A stretch of DNA of 64,000 nucleotides, from positions 4,977 through 68,976 of IMG/VR virus record IMGVR_UViG_3300035670_000170, one strand, 5' to 3'. The notes under the pieces are model-generated. The model was not told the origin of the DNA, made no database searches, and saw nothing but the letters and a program-made list of their open reading frames with translations. The stretch comes from a virus. Made by a program: the position numbers and the translations under genes. Below, one piece after another: positions 17,603 to 27,984 of the stretch; within the stretch, counting starts at the first letter, position 1, and each line of letters starts with the position of its first letter.

Positions 17603-18388
17603 ATGGGAAACTTAGTTAGTGTAACTGTAAAAAGCATTGGCGACCAGCAGGTTGCCAACAATACGTACCTGTTGAACAAGAAATTTGTGGTTAACGCTGT
17701 TGAGGCTAATAGCGACACGGAGATTCTGTATAACTTCAAACAATCGGTTTCAAAGATCGTTGTAGATGAAACAGGGTTGTCTTTGAACTACGAAGGTGCT
17801 GGTAACGATGCTATCACCGTAAGTGTAATCGCTGTGGATAATATTTCACAGCCTACGCTGAGTGTAAATGTCGTTGTTGACGATATTATTATCTGTGCTA
17901 AAAACACCGCTGACGCTAACGACACAGACATTTTCCTTGCTGACGGACGGCAGTTGACGGTGAGCGAAACCATTGCGGAAGTCGTTGCCGAAAACCCAAC
18001 GGTTAAGGTTTATAGGGCTTTAATCACACAATCTGGTGAGGACAACCCTGTTGCGACTGTACTTGAGAATACTACCGGGGCGACATTATCATACAGCTTT
18101 GATGAACAGAACTTCGGGTACATTGACGCCAATAGGGATATTTTCTCCCAAGGTAAGGTAATCATTAACGGAAAGTTATGTATAACCACATCAGACGCAT
18201 ACTGCGTGTTGTACGACGCATATCTTGACGATTTAGCTGGCATTACTGGTTTTATTTACTTTGACAGGCTTACGGACAGCCAAATAAGGTTAACCATACT
18301 TGCAGACGGGAACCGATTGCAGTTTTCAAACAGTCTACTTTGCACCAGCGACAACCCTTACTACATCGAAATACTAATTTACCCATAA
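17603..18388 (+). CDS. putative virion structural protein
   Basis: 261 aa, beta-rich, KVYRALITQSG..NPVATVLENT segment. Confidence 0.55.
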   Translation: MGNLVSVTVKSIGDQQVANNTYLLNKKFVVNAVEANSDTEILYNFKQSVSKIVVDETGLSLNYEGAGNDAITVSVIAVDNISQPTLSVNVVVDDIIICAKNTADANDTDIFLADGRQLTVSETIAEVVAENPTVKVYRALITQSGEDNPVATVLENTTGATLSYSFDEQNFGYIDANRDIFSQGKVIINGKLCITTSDAYCVLYDAYLDDLAGITGFIYFDRLTDSQIRLTILADGNRLQFSNSLLCTSDNPYYIEILIYP

Positions 18389-18951
18389 TGTACGGACAGC
18401 CATTAAGTAAGGTCAATGTTTCGATAGACACAAAGGCTAAGTCAAAAAAGGACTTGGGTTCAGTAGTCATCGAAATAGTCACCGACTACGACCCATACAA
18501 CCCCTTGCACTGCGTTCAGGAAGGCGTCGTTACCGACGTGCCGCGTGACGGCAGCGCAGAGGTACAAATTGGTGACGTGGTGTACATCCACCATTCGTCA
18601 GGGGAAAAAGGGCATCCTGTACTAAAGGGGATATATCAGGTGGATAACGTGATGATATACGCCTACAAGCGCGACGGGGTGCTGCATACCGTTAAGGGGT
18701 GGACGTTCGTGGAACCCATGAAAGAAACCATTGACGACATTAAGCAGAACGGGGTGTTCATAAAGGCTATCGAAGGGGACAAACAGGGTTATGGTACCGC
18801 GTGGCTTGTAGACGATGAACTGTCACAACAGGGCGTTGTATCCGGTGACTTGGTTAGCTTTGTCCCCAACCGTGGGTATGGTATGTACATCGACGGGAAG
18901 TTCTACTTCCGTATTCGCAATAGGGACGTCATTGCTTTGTGTTACGTATGA
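18388..18951 (+). CDS. GroES-like protein (tandem Cpn10-type domains)
   Basis: G.V..VP....VQIGDVVY.HH and GV..GD.V.F.....Y...IDG..Y..IR..DV.A. Confidence 0.6.
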   Translation: MYGQPLSKVNVSIDTKAKSKKDLGSVVIEIVTDYDPYNPLHCVQEGVVTDVPRDGSAEVQIGDVVYIHHSSGEKGHPVLKGIYQVDNVMIYAYKRDGVLHTVKGWTFVEPMKETIDDIKQNGVFIKAIEGDKQGYGTAWLVDDELSQQGVVSGDLVSFVPNRGYGMYIDGKFYFRIRNRDVIALCYV

Positions 18952-19241
18952 GAAATAGGTTAGCAGGTAGGAAACTGGTTAGCGACAGCGATGCTGGCGC
19001 CACAACGCGCTTTTACCGCAAGAACCCCGCTGCCCGAAGGAAGAAGATGGCGTACATGAAAAAGTACAACAACAGACCTGAACGGGTGGCGTATCGCATG
19101 GAACATAACAAAAAGGCTAACGAAATGGGCGTAAACGGCAAGCGTGCGTCACGTAAGAAAGACTTGGTGCGCGGCAAGGACGGGAGACTACGCCTTGGCA
19201 GCATGGTAGCCAACAGGAAGGCGGCAAATCGCAAACGATAA
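18948..19241 (+). CDS. basic hypothetical protein
   Basis: Arg/Lys-rich, ATGA overlap. Confidence 0.7.
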   Translation: MRNRLAGRKLVSDSDAGATTRFYRKNPAARRKKMAYMKKYNNRPERVAYRMEHNKKANEMGVNGKRASRKKDLVRGKDGRLRLGSMVANRKAANRKR

Positions 19242-19247
19242 AAGTAT

Positions 19248-19255
19248 TATCTTTG
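19248..19255 (+). promoter_or_regulatory. Bacteroidota -7 promoter element TAnnTTTG (representative copy)
   Basis: TATCTTTG here. Same element just upstream of genes at 15309, 16279, 19955, 28473, 32477, 35120, 36347, 40762, 42573, 46228, 56586 (+) and 32411, 63987 (-). Confidence 0.8.
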
Positions 19256-19274
19256 GCTTAAATAAGGACTTGAA

Positions 19275-19901
19275 ATGGCAAAAATACTTAGCTTACAGCT
19301 TGTAAATAACGGCGGGTTATTCCAGATTAACGACATTGACATCGTTAAGGTTTACGCCGATACATTAGGTAGTGCAGTTCGTTGGGTTGAATCCGACAGC
19401 GGCCTACCACGTACAGCCGTTGTGACGGCATCATTGGCTAACATATCTACGTTTACAGACGTATTGATTAGCGTTACGATGAGCGACAACAGCGTTCAGT
19501 ACCTCATCATCAACCGCGTGGTCGATATGTACGAAGACCCGACTTCGGGTTATGCCGTGATTTACTACGATCAGGCTGGTGCTGCGTTAGAGCGACTGAT
19601 GACATCAGAAAGCGTGCCTGCCATCACTGCTAAACTTTCCACTAAGAACGGCGACACATCATACGTGTTTGACAGCGTTAACTTCACCACTGGTGTTATC
19701 GCCCTTGCTGCTGCCGAAGGGGACAAGACAAGTGTGTTCACCAATGGTATCGTGTTTAACGTGGTTGGCACCAACTGGTCAAACGTGTTCAGTGTATCAA
19801 GTTCTACGTACAATGCGACACTTGGAATCACCTACATCACGGTTAACGAAACCATTTCACGTTCTACCGAAGAATCGGGTCGTATCGTTACCCAAGGGTA
19901 A
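19275..19901 (+). CDS. putative virion structural protein
   Basis: 208 aa, Ser/Thr/Val-rich, with its own promoter motif and terminator. Confidence 0.55.
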   Translation: MAKILSLQLVNNGGLFQINDIDIVKVYADTLGSAVRWVESDSGLPRTAVVTASLANISTFTDVLISVTMSDNSVQYLIINRVVDMYEDPTSGYAVIYYDQAGAALERLMTSESVPAITAKLSTKNGDTSYVFDSVNFTTGVIALAAAEGDKTSVFTNGIVFNVVGTNWSNVFSVSSSTYNATLGITYITVNETISRSTEESGRIVTQG

Positions 19902-19924
19902 TTTAACAATAACTTAACAGCAAG

Positions 19925-19953
19925 AAAGGCTACCTATATGGTGGCCTTTTTTT
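19925..19953 (+). terminator. intrinsic terminator
   Basis: AGGCTACC-TATAT-GGTGGCCT followed by a T-run. Confidence 0.75.
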
Positions 19954-19981
19954 GTATCTTTGGGTACTTAAATTAAATTAA

Positions 19982-20893
19982 ATGCGCTTACTTCACATTG
20001 GCCTACACGCTGGCAGAAACCCGCGCAATGGCTTTCAGGGATCGCTATCCAATGCCTTTGATGTTTTAGAGATACCCGACGGCACCCCGAGCCTATCCGA
20101 TGTCGTTGTAGACAGGGTAGACCGATTTAAGCCCGACCTTGTGTTTATGCAGATTCAGCGCGATGGCGTCATTGACCCACAGGTGGTGGAGTGGCTATCT
20201 GAAAGAACCCGTGTGATAAACTGGACGGGGGACGTGCGTAAGGACGTCCCTGAATGGATGGTGGATATAGCCCAGTGGTGTGTCACGTCGTTTAGCAACA
20301 TGACGGACGTTAAGAAAGTCAGGGCTATGGGTTATGAATCGGAGTACCTACAAATAGGCTTTGACCCCACGATATTCTGTTCAGGGGACGTGGCGTTTAG
20401 AAAGAAGGACGTTGTGTTTATGGGTAATCACTACAAGGGTATGTTCCCCCTTAGTGACTTTAGGATTGATGCCGTACAGCGGTTATATTCAGAGTTCCCT
20501 AATGCCTTTGGCGCATGGGGCAGTAGCCTACCTGTTAGCGAAGGTAGCACTGGTTATAGCCAACACCTTGAGGCTGCGATTTATCGGGGCGCCCGAATTG
20601 GTATCAACATCAGCCACTTCGACTACGAAATGTACAGTTCAGACCGTATGTTCAGGATGATGGGTAGCGGGGTGATGTGCCTGTCGCACCACTTTAAGGG
20701 CATTGAGGATATGTTCACGGTGGGGGAACACCTTGATACGTTCAAGACCGTTGACGAAATGGTTGATAAGGTGCGGTTCTACTTGCAGAACCCAAAACGG
20801 GCGGCGGCAATAGCCATGAACGGGTGCATCCACGTCCACAAGAACTACACCTACGATCACATGGTAGCAAACATTAAAAACATGGGTAAATGA
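19982..20893 (+). CDS. glycosyltransferase (CgeB-like, GT-B C-terminal domain)
   Basis: DVVFMGN, IGINISH, SDRMF...GSG, IA.NG..HV...YTY.H. Confidence 0.85.
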   Translation: MRLLHIGLHAGRNPRNGFQGSLSNAFDVLEIPDGTPSLSDVVVDRVDRFKPDLVFMQIQRDGVIDPQVVEWLSERTRVINWTGDVRKDVPEWMVDIAQWCVTSFSNMTDVKKVRAMGYESEYLQIGFDPTIFCSGDVAFRKKDVVFMGNHYKGMFPLSDFRIDAVQRLYSEFPNAFGAWGSSLPVSEGSTGYSQHLEAAIYRGARIGINISHFDYEMYSSDRMFRMMGSGVMCLSHHFKGIEDMFTVGEHLDTFKTVDEMVDKVRFYLQNPKRAAAIAMNGCIHVHKNYTYDHMVANIKNMGK

Positions 20894-21645
20894 AGGTATG
20901 CTCATACATCCCACTTCACTACGGGCGTGAGTACCTACGTGAAAGCATAACGTCGTTCTACGACTTAGTGGATGAAATACACATCCTATACACGTCTAAG
21001 CCGTCCTACGGGTCGTCAACAAGCATGGCGTGTCCCGAAACAGAGATTGAACTACGTTCGACAGCCGAAGTAGCAGCGGGTAGTAAGCTGGTGTGGCACA
21101 ACGTGGATGCTTATAGCGAAGGTCAGCACAGGGGTATTGCCAATAGGATACTTCAGTCGTGTGATGTCCTATTCACCAGTGATGCCGATGAGGTGTGGTT
21201 CCAAGACCCGCTATCGTTAGCCATTGAACAGGCTTTTAATGACAAAGACCACAACAGGTTTGCCGTAACGGGTAAGATTGATTTGTGGCGCTCGTTTAAG
21301 TATCAAATGGTTGACGGCTTTACCCCCGTTAGGATACTAACCAACGGTGCCGACGGTCAAGCCACCGTACACGCGCCATACCTACATTTTGGGTACGCGC
21401 AGCGATTGAACGTCATTGAGTATAAAATGCACATCCACGGGCATAAAGGGGAGATTATTTCCTTGCACGGGTCGGTGGATAACTACTTGGACAAGCTACG
21501 AAAGTGGACACCCGATAATAATGTTGAGGACTGTTACCACCCTGCAAGCCGTGATATTTGGCGTCAGGCCGAACCGTTTAACAAGTGGTTTATGCCAGCG
21601 TTCATGCAGATTCACCCAAACTTTGAAAAGGAGATTATCGAATGA
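20890..21645 (+). CDS. GT2-like glycosyltransferase
   Basis: EYL..SI.S....VDEI.I, DADE motif, LHFGY. Confidence 0.75.
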   Translation: MKVCSYIPLHYGREYLRESITSFYDLVDEIHILYTSKPSYGSSTSMACPETEIELRSTAEVAAGSKLVWHNVDAYSEGQHRGIANRILQSCDVLFTSDADEVWFQDPLSLAIEQAFNDKDHNRFAVTGKIDLWRSFKYQMVDGFTPVRILTNGADGQATVHAPYLHFGYAQRLNVIEYKMHIHGHKGEIISLHGSVDNYLDKLRKWTPDNNVEDCYHPASRDIWRQAEPFNKWFMPAFMQIHPNFEKEIIE

Positions 21646-22277
21646 GGAAGGTGATGGTTGGTGTTCCGGTAATCTACTGTGATGAGTGCGTTAGGGACTG
21701 CCTTGCCACGCTGAACCAGTTTGACCATGTGTTTATCGTGGATAACTGCGCGACGGCTGGTATAAAGGCCATGATTGAGCCGTATGATAAGGTTGTTAAC
21801 CCACAGAACGTCTATGTGAACCCCGCATGGAATCAGATAATGTACAGGTTCTTACATTCGGAGTTTGACGTACTGGTTATCCTTAATTCAGATATGGTGC
21901 TACGCGGTGATGTAGCCGATCAGATACGCGCAAAAGATTGGGATGAGTTACTTGTGGTGCCGCTGCCAAACATGGTCAATGATTTCGTGTATGGTGTGGG
22001 GGCAAACCTTAGTGTGACGGACGGTGTGCCGGGGACGATGATTGTCCTGACCCGCAAGATGGTCGAACAGGTGTACCCCATACCGCAGGATATTCTACTG
22101 TGGTTTGGTGACAACTGGATATACGACAGGCTACGCAAACGCGGCTACACCACCACCATATACCACGGGTTACAAGGCAAACACGGCGGCAGTAGGAGCA
22201 TAGTGGCACTACCGGAAGCACATGAAATAATCGAAAAAGACAAATTAGCATGGAAACACGTAAAGACAAACCTGTAA
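21642..22277 (+). CDS. GT2 family glycosyltransferase
   Basis: IVDN, N..VNPAWN, ILNSD, WFGDNW. Confidence 0.8.
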   Translation: MRKVMVGVPVIYCDECVRDCLATLNQFDHVFIVDNCATAGIKAMIEPYDKVVNPQNVYVNPAWNQIMYRFLHSEFDVLVILNSDMVLRGDVADQIRAKDWDELLVVPLPNMVNDFVYGVGANLSVTDGVPGTMIVLTRKMVEQVYPIPQDILLWFGDNWIYDRLRKRGYTTTIYHGLQGKHGGSRSIVALPEAHEIIEKDKLAWKHVKTNL

Positions 22278-22831
22278 GACACGACGTAATTAACTACCTT
22301 ATTGAGCGCTATGGGTATAAGAAATACCTTGAGATAGGTGTTCAGTATATGGTTAACTGGAATGAGATTAAGTGCGAAACAAAGGTCGGGGTGGAGCCTA
22401 ACCCACTACCTGACGAGCGCATATTTAGGATGACGTCAGATGCTTTCTTTGAGCAGAACAAAGATGATTTTGACATTGTGTTTATTGACGGCGACCACAC
22501 CTACGCCCAAGCGAAGAAAGACTTTCTAAACGCAGCGGCAGTGCTAAAGAATGGTGGTGTGATTGTTTTCCACGACACCAACCCCATTGACGAAACATGG
22601 ACAAACCCATATCAAAACGGCACTGTCTACAAGGTTATTATGGACATCAGGACTGACCTTTACTTCCTTGTTGTCACCCACAACCACGACCACGGGGTAT
22701 GCTGTGTGTTCCCTGACAACAAGGGGGATAGAATGGATTGCACGGGGTTCACGTTTGATGATTTTGATAAGAACAGGGTTAGGATACTGAACCTGTGCGA
22801 TTGGGATATGTTCAAAGATATGCTACCATGA
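22250..22831 (+). CDS. class I SAM-dependent methyltransferase (Methyltransf_24-like)
   Basis: YLEIGV, TSDAFF, FDIVFIDGDH, GGVIVFHD. Confidence 0.88.
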   Translation: METRKDKPVRHDVINYLIERYGYKKYLEIGVQYMVNWNEIKCETKVGVEPNPLPDERIFRMTSDAFFEQNKDDFDIVFIDGDHTYAQAKKDFLNAAAVLKNGGVIVFHDTNPIDETWTNPYQNGTVYKVIMDIRTDLYFLVVTHNHDHGVCCVFPDNKGDRMDCTGFTFDDFDKNRVRILNLCDWDMFKDMLP

Positions 22832-23454
22832 ATTGTGCGGCTGTAATCATTGAAGGACGTCGGTTAGGGTTTTCGGCTACCCTTGACATCATCACAAGGC
22901 ACACAAAGTACCTTGAGGACTTTGATGTTATTGGCTATTGCTCCAACGAGAACCACATGGAGATGTTTAGCGCTGGTGCTGAAATAATAACTATCCTACC
23001 GGAACTATCGGGGAAGTTTGACTTTAGGCGGTACAATCAGTTGCTTACGTCGGAGTGGTTTTGGTTTGGGTTAGCGGACTACGACAGGGTGTTAATCTTC
23101 CAACACGATTCAGGGCTGTTACGTGATGGCATAGAGGAGTTTTTGGAATACGACTATGTAGGTGCGCCTTGGGGGTTTCAGGAACATGGGGGTAATGGGG
23201 GGCTTAGTATTAGGAACCCAGAGGCTATGCTGAAAGTTATCCGTAAGGTGCCATATTTTGAGAGTGTACATGGCAATGAGGATGTGTACTTTTGTAATGC
23301 GATGAAGGAACTTGGGATGAACCTTGCCCCGCGTGATGTGTGCGCCCGTTTTGCTATCGAAAGTATCCTTGAGTACGGGACACTTGGATACCACGCAATA
23401 GATAAGTATTTTAGCAAAGAAATTGTAAGTAAAATTAAATCACAGTATGCCTAA
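22828..23454 (+). CDS. DUF5672-like putative glycosyltransferase
   Basis: LIFQHD, YDYVGAPW, GNGGLSIR, NEDVYF. Confidence 0.8.
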   Translation: MNCAAVIIEGRRLGFSATLDIITRHTKYLEDFDVIGYCSNENHMEMFSAGAEIITILPELSGKFDFRRYNQLLTSEWFWFGLADYDRVLIFQHDSGLLRDGIEEFLEYDYVGAPWGFQEHGGNGGLSIRNPEAMLKVIRKVPYFESVHGNEDVYFCNAMKELGMNLAPRDVCARFAIESILEYGTLGYHAIDKYFSKEIVSKIKSQYA

Positions 23455-24856
23455 CGCCCAGCTAATAACCCCGTTCTATAAGGACAAGAACCCCATTAGA
23501 CATCAGGAGAATGTCGCTGCCCTGATACACAACATCCAAGAGAGGGTATTTTGGCGCATCGTCCTTGTGGTAGATGACGTGGATTACACGCTTCAGGACG
23601 TTGTGTTACCGCCGACAGTGGAGGTGCGATACCAAAACGGGCGCCCCACCTACAACGACCTATTTGCAATAGCCAACGAAGCCCCTATACCATGCGTATC
23701 CATTATCGCAAATACTGATATTTACTTCAACAGGGACAGCATAAACTTAATTGAGGCTACTATCAATAGCGAAACCTGCTTTGCATTAAGCCGATGGGAC
23801 GTTGACGACAGTGGTGGCGCAACACTATACGACCACTGGGATAGCCAAGACGCATGGGTGTTCTACGGGGCTATAAGGGCTATTGACGGTAGTTTCTATT
23901 TAGGGAAACCCGGCTGTGATAACGCCATTGCCCACCGCATCGAAAGCGCTGGCTACAAGGTTACAAACCCATCAAAGAGCATCAAGTCGTACCACATACA
24001 CCTATCGGGGCAACGTAACTACACCCGCGCAGAGGGGGAGATCATCGAAAAGCCGTACAAGCTAATAAACCCAACGTTTATCAACGAAGAAATTTTGTCT
24101 GTATCAAAGGGTAACGTAAGGCAAAACATAGAACTACCAACACCCGAACAGCTACGGGAAATGTATTCCTATGGGGTACAGAAGAAACAGATGGCAGCTA
24201 TGGCTACACGGATGCTCAAACCACGCTACCTACTGGCGATACTGATACCAACGATGTGGAGCAGGTCGGGTACGTTCAATAAGCTGATACAAGAACTGAA
24301 CTGTCAGATACGCGACGGGCGGTTTGGTGACAAGGTTATTGTCCGTCACAAGGTTGACGGTGGGGTGCTGCCGATAGGGGCTAAACGCAATGACCTTATT
24401 ATGCAAGCCGACGCTAAGTACGTTATCTTCATGGACGACGACGATATGCCATCACCCGACTATGTAGACCAACTGGTGTCGGCAATAGAGAACGGCAACC
24501 ACCCCGACTGCGTGACGATTGAGTGTAACGTATATTCGTGCGTTGAGGGACACGCCCCTGAATATATGATGCGTATGGTGTACGACATCAATGAGAAAGA
24601 GGGGCAGACGCACCTGACGGCTGGCGGTGGTAGGTTACTAAGGAAATACCCCGGCCACCTATGCGCCATCAAGCGGAAGATAATGCTTAACGTACCGTTT
24701 AACGTGCTATGGGGTGACGGTGGTGACAGGAAGCGCCGTGGTGACAACGGCACCGACGTAAACCAACTGTTAGACCTAAAGCAATCGGGTCTGATAAAAA
24801 GCGCAGTCCACATTAACAAAGTATTGTACCACTACTACTATAACCCACAAAAATGA
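23447..24856 (+). CDS. two-domain glycosyltransferase (GT-A-like N domain plus GT2 C domain)
   Basis: IANTDI, ALSRWD, SQDAWVF, GCDN; then ILIPT, IGAKRN, FMDDDD, LYHYYY. Confidence 0.8.
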   Translation: MPNAQLITPFYKDKNPIRHQENVAALIHNIQERVFWRIVLVVDDVDYTLQDVVLPPTVEVRYQNGRPTYNDLFAIANEAPIPCVSIIANTDIYFNRDSINLIEATINSETCFALSRWDVDDSGGATLYDHWDSQDAWVFYGAIRAIDGSFYLGKPGCDNAIAHRIESAGYKVTNPSKSIKSYHIHLSGQRNYTRAEGEIIEKPYKLINPTFINEEILSVSKGNVRQNIELPTPEQLREMYSYGVQKKQMAAMATRMLKPRYLLAILIPTMWSRSGTFNKLIQELNCQIRDGRFGDKVIVRHKVDGGVLPIGAKRNDLIMQADAKYVIFMDDDDMPSPDYVDQLVSAIENGNHPDCVTIECNVYSCVEGHAPEYMMRMVYDINEKEGQTHLTAGGGRLLRKYPGHLCAIKRKIMLNVPFNVLWGDGGDRKRRGDNGTDVNQLLDLKQSGLIKSAVHINKVLYHYYYNPQK

Positions 24857-25164
24857 AAATCAAAAGTTTCAAAGCCCTAAACGACTACCTGATTGTTGAG
24901 CCAGTAGTCCTAACGACAAAAACCGCAGGTGGTATATTCCTGCCCGAAACAGCCGAAGACGTGGAAAGACCGTACATCGGGAAGGTGTTAAGCGCTGGCG
25001 GCGGGTATAACACCATTGATGTAACTGTTGACGCAGGTGAATACGTGGCGTTCAACAGGAATATCTTTACCCCGTTGACAATGGATGTGGACGGAAAGAG
25101 GATTGAACTAAAGGCCATCCGTCAGATCGACGCCCTGTGTACCTTAGAAATGGAAGATGATTAA
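24853..25164 (+). CDS. groES: co-chaperonin GroES
   Basis: ALNDYLIVEP...KTAGGIFLPE...GKVLSAG.G. Confidence 0.88.
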   Translation: MKIKSFKALNDYLIVEPVVLTTKTAGGIFLPETAEDVERPYIGKVLSAGGGYNTIDVTVDAGEYVAFNRNIFTPLTMDVDGKRIELKAIRQIDALCTLEMEDD

Positions 25165-25570
25165 GCGCCCCGACAAAATATCGGACAAGGACTGGTATGA
25201 AATGCTTGAAACGTTTTTGTTTCAGATTTCATCGGCACAGCCATTGGCTAAACTGTACCGTGGTATCAACAAGCAGTTAGAGGACTTGGCGGCTATGCTT
25301 AATGAGGACATTGAGATTGAGGACAAGGATGATGATGGTAATGATAGGATACTCAAGGTAAAGCTAATGAGTTACAAGAGTATGTCTGCGTCCAATGACA
25401 AAGCCGTTGAGCGCTTTATCAAGATTGTTGACAGCCTCCCAAAGCTAATTGAAACACAGTCCATGCTTGAGAACAAGTTAAGCCCCGAAACGATGGAGCG
25501 CCTTGACGCCCTTAACACGGACGAAAATTCAGGTGTACTTGAAAAAGCCTTAAAGATTACAAACGGATGA
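25157..25570 (+). CDS. hypothetical protein (terminase small subunit candidate)
   Basis: Helical 137-aa protein overlapping the TerL start; call is positional only. Confidence 0.4.
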   Translation: MIKRPDKISDKDWYEMLETFLFQISSAQPLAKLYRGINKQLEDLAAMLNEDIEIEDKDDDGNDRILKVKLMSYKSMSASNDKAVERFIKIVDSLPKLIETQSMLENKLSPETMERLDALNTDENSGVLEKALKITNG

Positions 25571-27687
25571 TGCACCCCAAAGACTTCCAACGCACAAAGG
25601 AGATACCCGACGGTGATGGGAATGTCTTTGTCATCCAACTGCCTGAACCACCCGAAAGGGAGTTAATAGACAACTGGGACAAGCCCCTTAAGGAACAGCG
25701 GTGGCGCCCACCGTCTATCCCCAATGGTTTTAACCTATGGGGTGAAGACCAGCAGGTTGCGTATGTGGGCCAAGAACTAATGCGTAGGCGCAATGGTTAT
25801 TGGTTCTACAACAATGGGAACATAGAGTACATGACGGGGCTGCACTACTTCTACTGCGGCTACTGGAAGATAGACAGTGGGTACCCCGACTGGCGCGATG
25901 CCGACAGGGACTTCTTTTACGTGTGGGACTACTGCGCCAAAGACACCAACTGTTATGGGTTGCTGTACATCTGTGACCGCCGTTCGGGTAAGACGTGGAA
26001 GGGTACCACCATACTGTATGCCGATACATCCACGACACGGGAGGTAAACGCGGGTATCCAGTCTAAGAACGACGGTGACGCAGAGAAGATATTTGAGAAG
26101 ATGATTTCGTCGTGGCGTAAGCTACCGGATTTCTTTAAGCCCCTTGATTCCGGCGCTATGGCACCAAAAAAGGCGCTACGGTTCTCACCCCCGTCGGCAA
26201 AGAGTACAAAACAAAATATCCGTGCGCTAAAGGGGCGTGAGTACCTTGAGAGTGTCATCGACTATAAGCCATCCAACGAATACGCCTACGACGGCAGTAA
26301 ACTGTTTCGGCTGTACCACGATGAGGTAGGAAAGAAAAGCAATGCCAACCCATACAACAGGTGGTTAGTGTGTAAACCCTGTTTGGAGGTTGGTGATACG
26401 ATTGTCGGGAAAGCATACCTGTCATCCACGGTGGAAGAAACAGACAGGGAGGGCGGTGAGCCTATTAAGAAGCTGTGGGACAAGAGTAACTTCGCCACCG
26501 ATAAGTTAGACGGTAACGGTCGCACAGAAAGTGGACTGTACAGGTATTTCAAGCCAGCGACAATAGGGTTACAGGGCTTTATTGATGAGTATGGTTACAG
26601 CGTTGTTGAAGACCCCAAAGAACCAATACAGGGCATCGACGGTAAGATGATTACCATTGGTTCAGCGACGTTCATTCAAAACAGGAGAAAGGGCAAGACT
26701 GGCACTGACCTTAACAGTGAGCGCCGTAAGTACCCATTTAACATTCAGGATGCGTTTGTGCTTGACAGCCGTGGTGAAACATTCCCATCGCATAAGATTT
26801 ATGAGCAGAAGGACTACAACGATTCGTCCACCCGTATGCCGTGGCGTATCGGGAACTTCGTGTGGGAGGATTCCAATAGGACGTCGGTGGTGTTCCGTGA
26901 CGACCCTAACGGGCGGTGGAAGGTCGCGTGGATGCCAGACGCATCGGATAGGAACAGGTATGAGATACGCGGTGGTCAGCGATGCCCGTTAAACGAAACA
27001 CTGGGGGGTATAGGTGTTGACCCCTTTGACCACAACACCACGGTAGACAAAAGGAACTCCAACGGCGCCATAGCCGTGTTTAGGAAGTTCACCCCGTTAG
27101 CCCCGAACATATCTAACTGTTTTGTGTGCCTGTACCTTGCCCGACCGGAAACGTCGTTACAGTTTTATGACGACGTGGTTAAGACGGCTACGTTCTATGG
27201 GTACAAAGCCCTTGTTGAAAACCAGAAGATAGGGTGTATTAACTTCATGCGCCAGCAGGGGTACTATGGGTATGTGAAGCGCACTAAGCATAATGAGTTT
27301 ACCAAAACGGGCGCCAAGACAAAGATGGTCGATGGTATATCAATGGCAGGGGATATGGCACGGGAAGCCCTTGTCGATGGGTTACACTTGTACATCTATG
27401 ACTTTATTGGCAGGATAGCCCCTGACATACAGATTAGCAAGATTGGGATACCTGAAGGGGAGGTTAGTGATGCTATGTTTGGGTTCTGCCCGTTTGATGA
27501 ACTACTTGATGACTGGCTACACTTTGAGGTTGATAACTGGACTAAGTACGATGCTACTGTTGCGTCTGGGTTAGCAAAGCTGTGTGTTCAACAGATAGAA
27601 AAGGTTGAAGCCAACGCGGGTAGAAAGCCTAATGTAGGGCCACTGTTTAATGTACGCAGTGCAAGGTCAGGTAGGATTATGCGGTAA
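25567..27687 (+). CDS. terL: terminase large subunit
   Basis: RRSGKT Walker A, YHDEVGK Walker B, GIGVDPF nuclease motif, VENQ, YDATVASG. Confidence 0.92.
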   Translation: MMHPKDFQRTKEIPDGDGNVFVIQLPEPPERELIDNWDKPLKEQRWRPPSIPNGFNLWGEDQQVAYVGQELMRRRNGYWFYNNGNIEYMTGLHYFYCGYWKIDSGYPDWRDADRDFFYVWDYCAKDTNCYGLLYICDRRSGKTWKGTTILYADTSTTREVNAGIQSKNDGDAEKIFEKMISSWRKLPDFFKPLDSGAMAPKKALRFSPPSAKSTKQNIRALKGREYLESVIDYKPSNEYAYDGSKLFRLYHDEVGKKSNANPYNRWLVCKPCLEVGDTIVGKAYLSSTVEETDREGGEPIKKLWDKSNFATDKLDGNGRTESGLYRYFKPATIGLQGFIDEYGYSVVEDPKEPIQGIDGKMITIGSATFIQNRRKGKTGTDLNSERRKYPFNIQDAFVLDSRGETFPSHKIYEQKDYNDSSTRMPWRIGNFVWEDSNRTSVVFRDDPNGRWKVAWMPDASDRNRYEIRGGQRCPLNETLGGIGVDPFDHNTTVDKRNSNGAIAVFRKFTPLAPNISNCFVCLYLARPETSLQFYDDVVKTATFYGYKALVENQKIGCINFMRQQGYYGYVKRTKHNEFTKTGAKTKMVDGISMAGDMAREALVDGLHLYIYDFIGRIAPDIQISKIGIPEGEVSDAMFGFCPFDELLDDWLHFEVDNWTKYDATVASGLAKLCVQQIEKVEANAGRKPNVGPLFNVRSARSGRIMR

Positions 27688-27774
27688 TTTTGCCGCGCCC
27701 GATTTGGTAACGTTTTGCGGTTATCGGGGGCTAAACGCTATAAAACTACCACAAGCCCCGTGTTATGTGCCATT

Positions 27775-27966
27775 TTAAGAACACTCATCACACAATACAC
27801 TATCTCTTTTGAAAGTCCAACCTTTATGAATTAACTTTTCAGCAAAGTAATAATCATCTGTGTTGTAGTCTTTCTCAACCTTTTTACACTTTTGGCACTG
27901 TATTGAACATTCAACCAGTATTGCTTCTTGGACTTTCTCAAAAATCAGTTCTTCTTTCTTTGTCAT
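27775..27966 (-). CDS. cassette zinc-ribbon-like small protein
   Basis: CQKC...GW......LCDEC; start MTKKEE. Confidence 0.7.
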   Translation of the reverse strand: MTKKEELIFEKVQEAILVECSIQCQKCKKVEKDYNTDDYYFAEKLIHKGWTFKRDSVLCDECS

Positions 27967-27984
27967 AATCTGAATAAAAACGGC

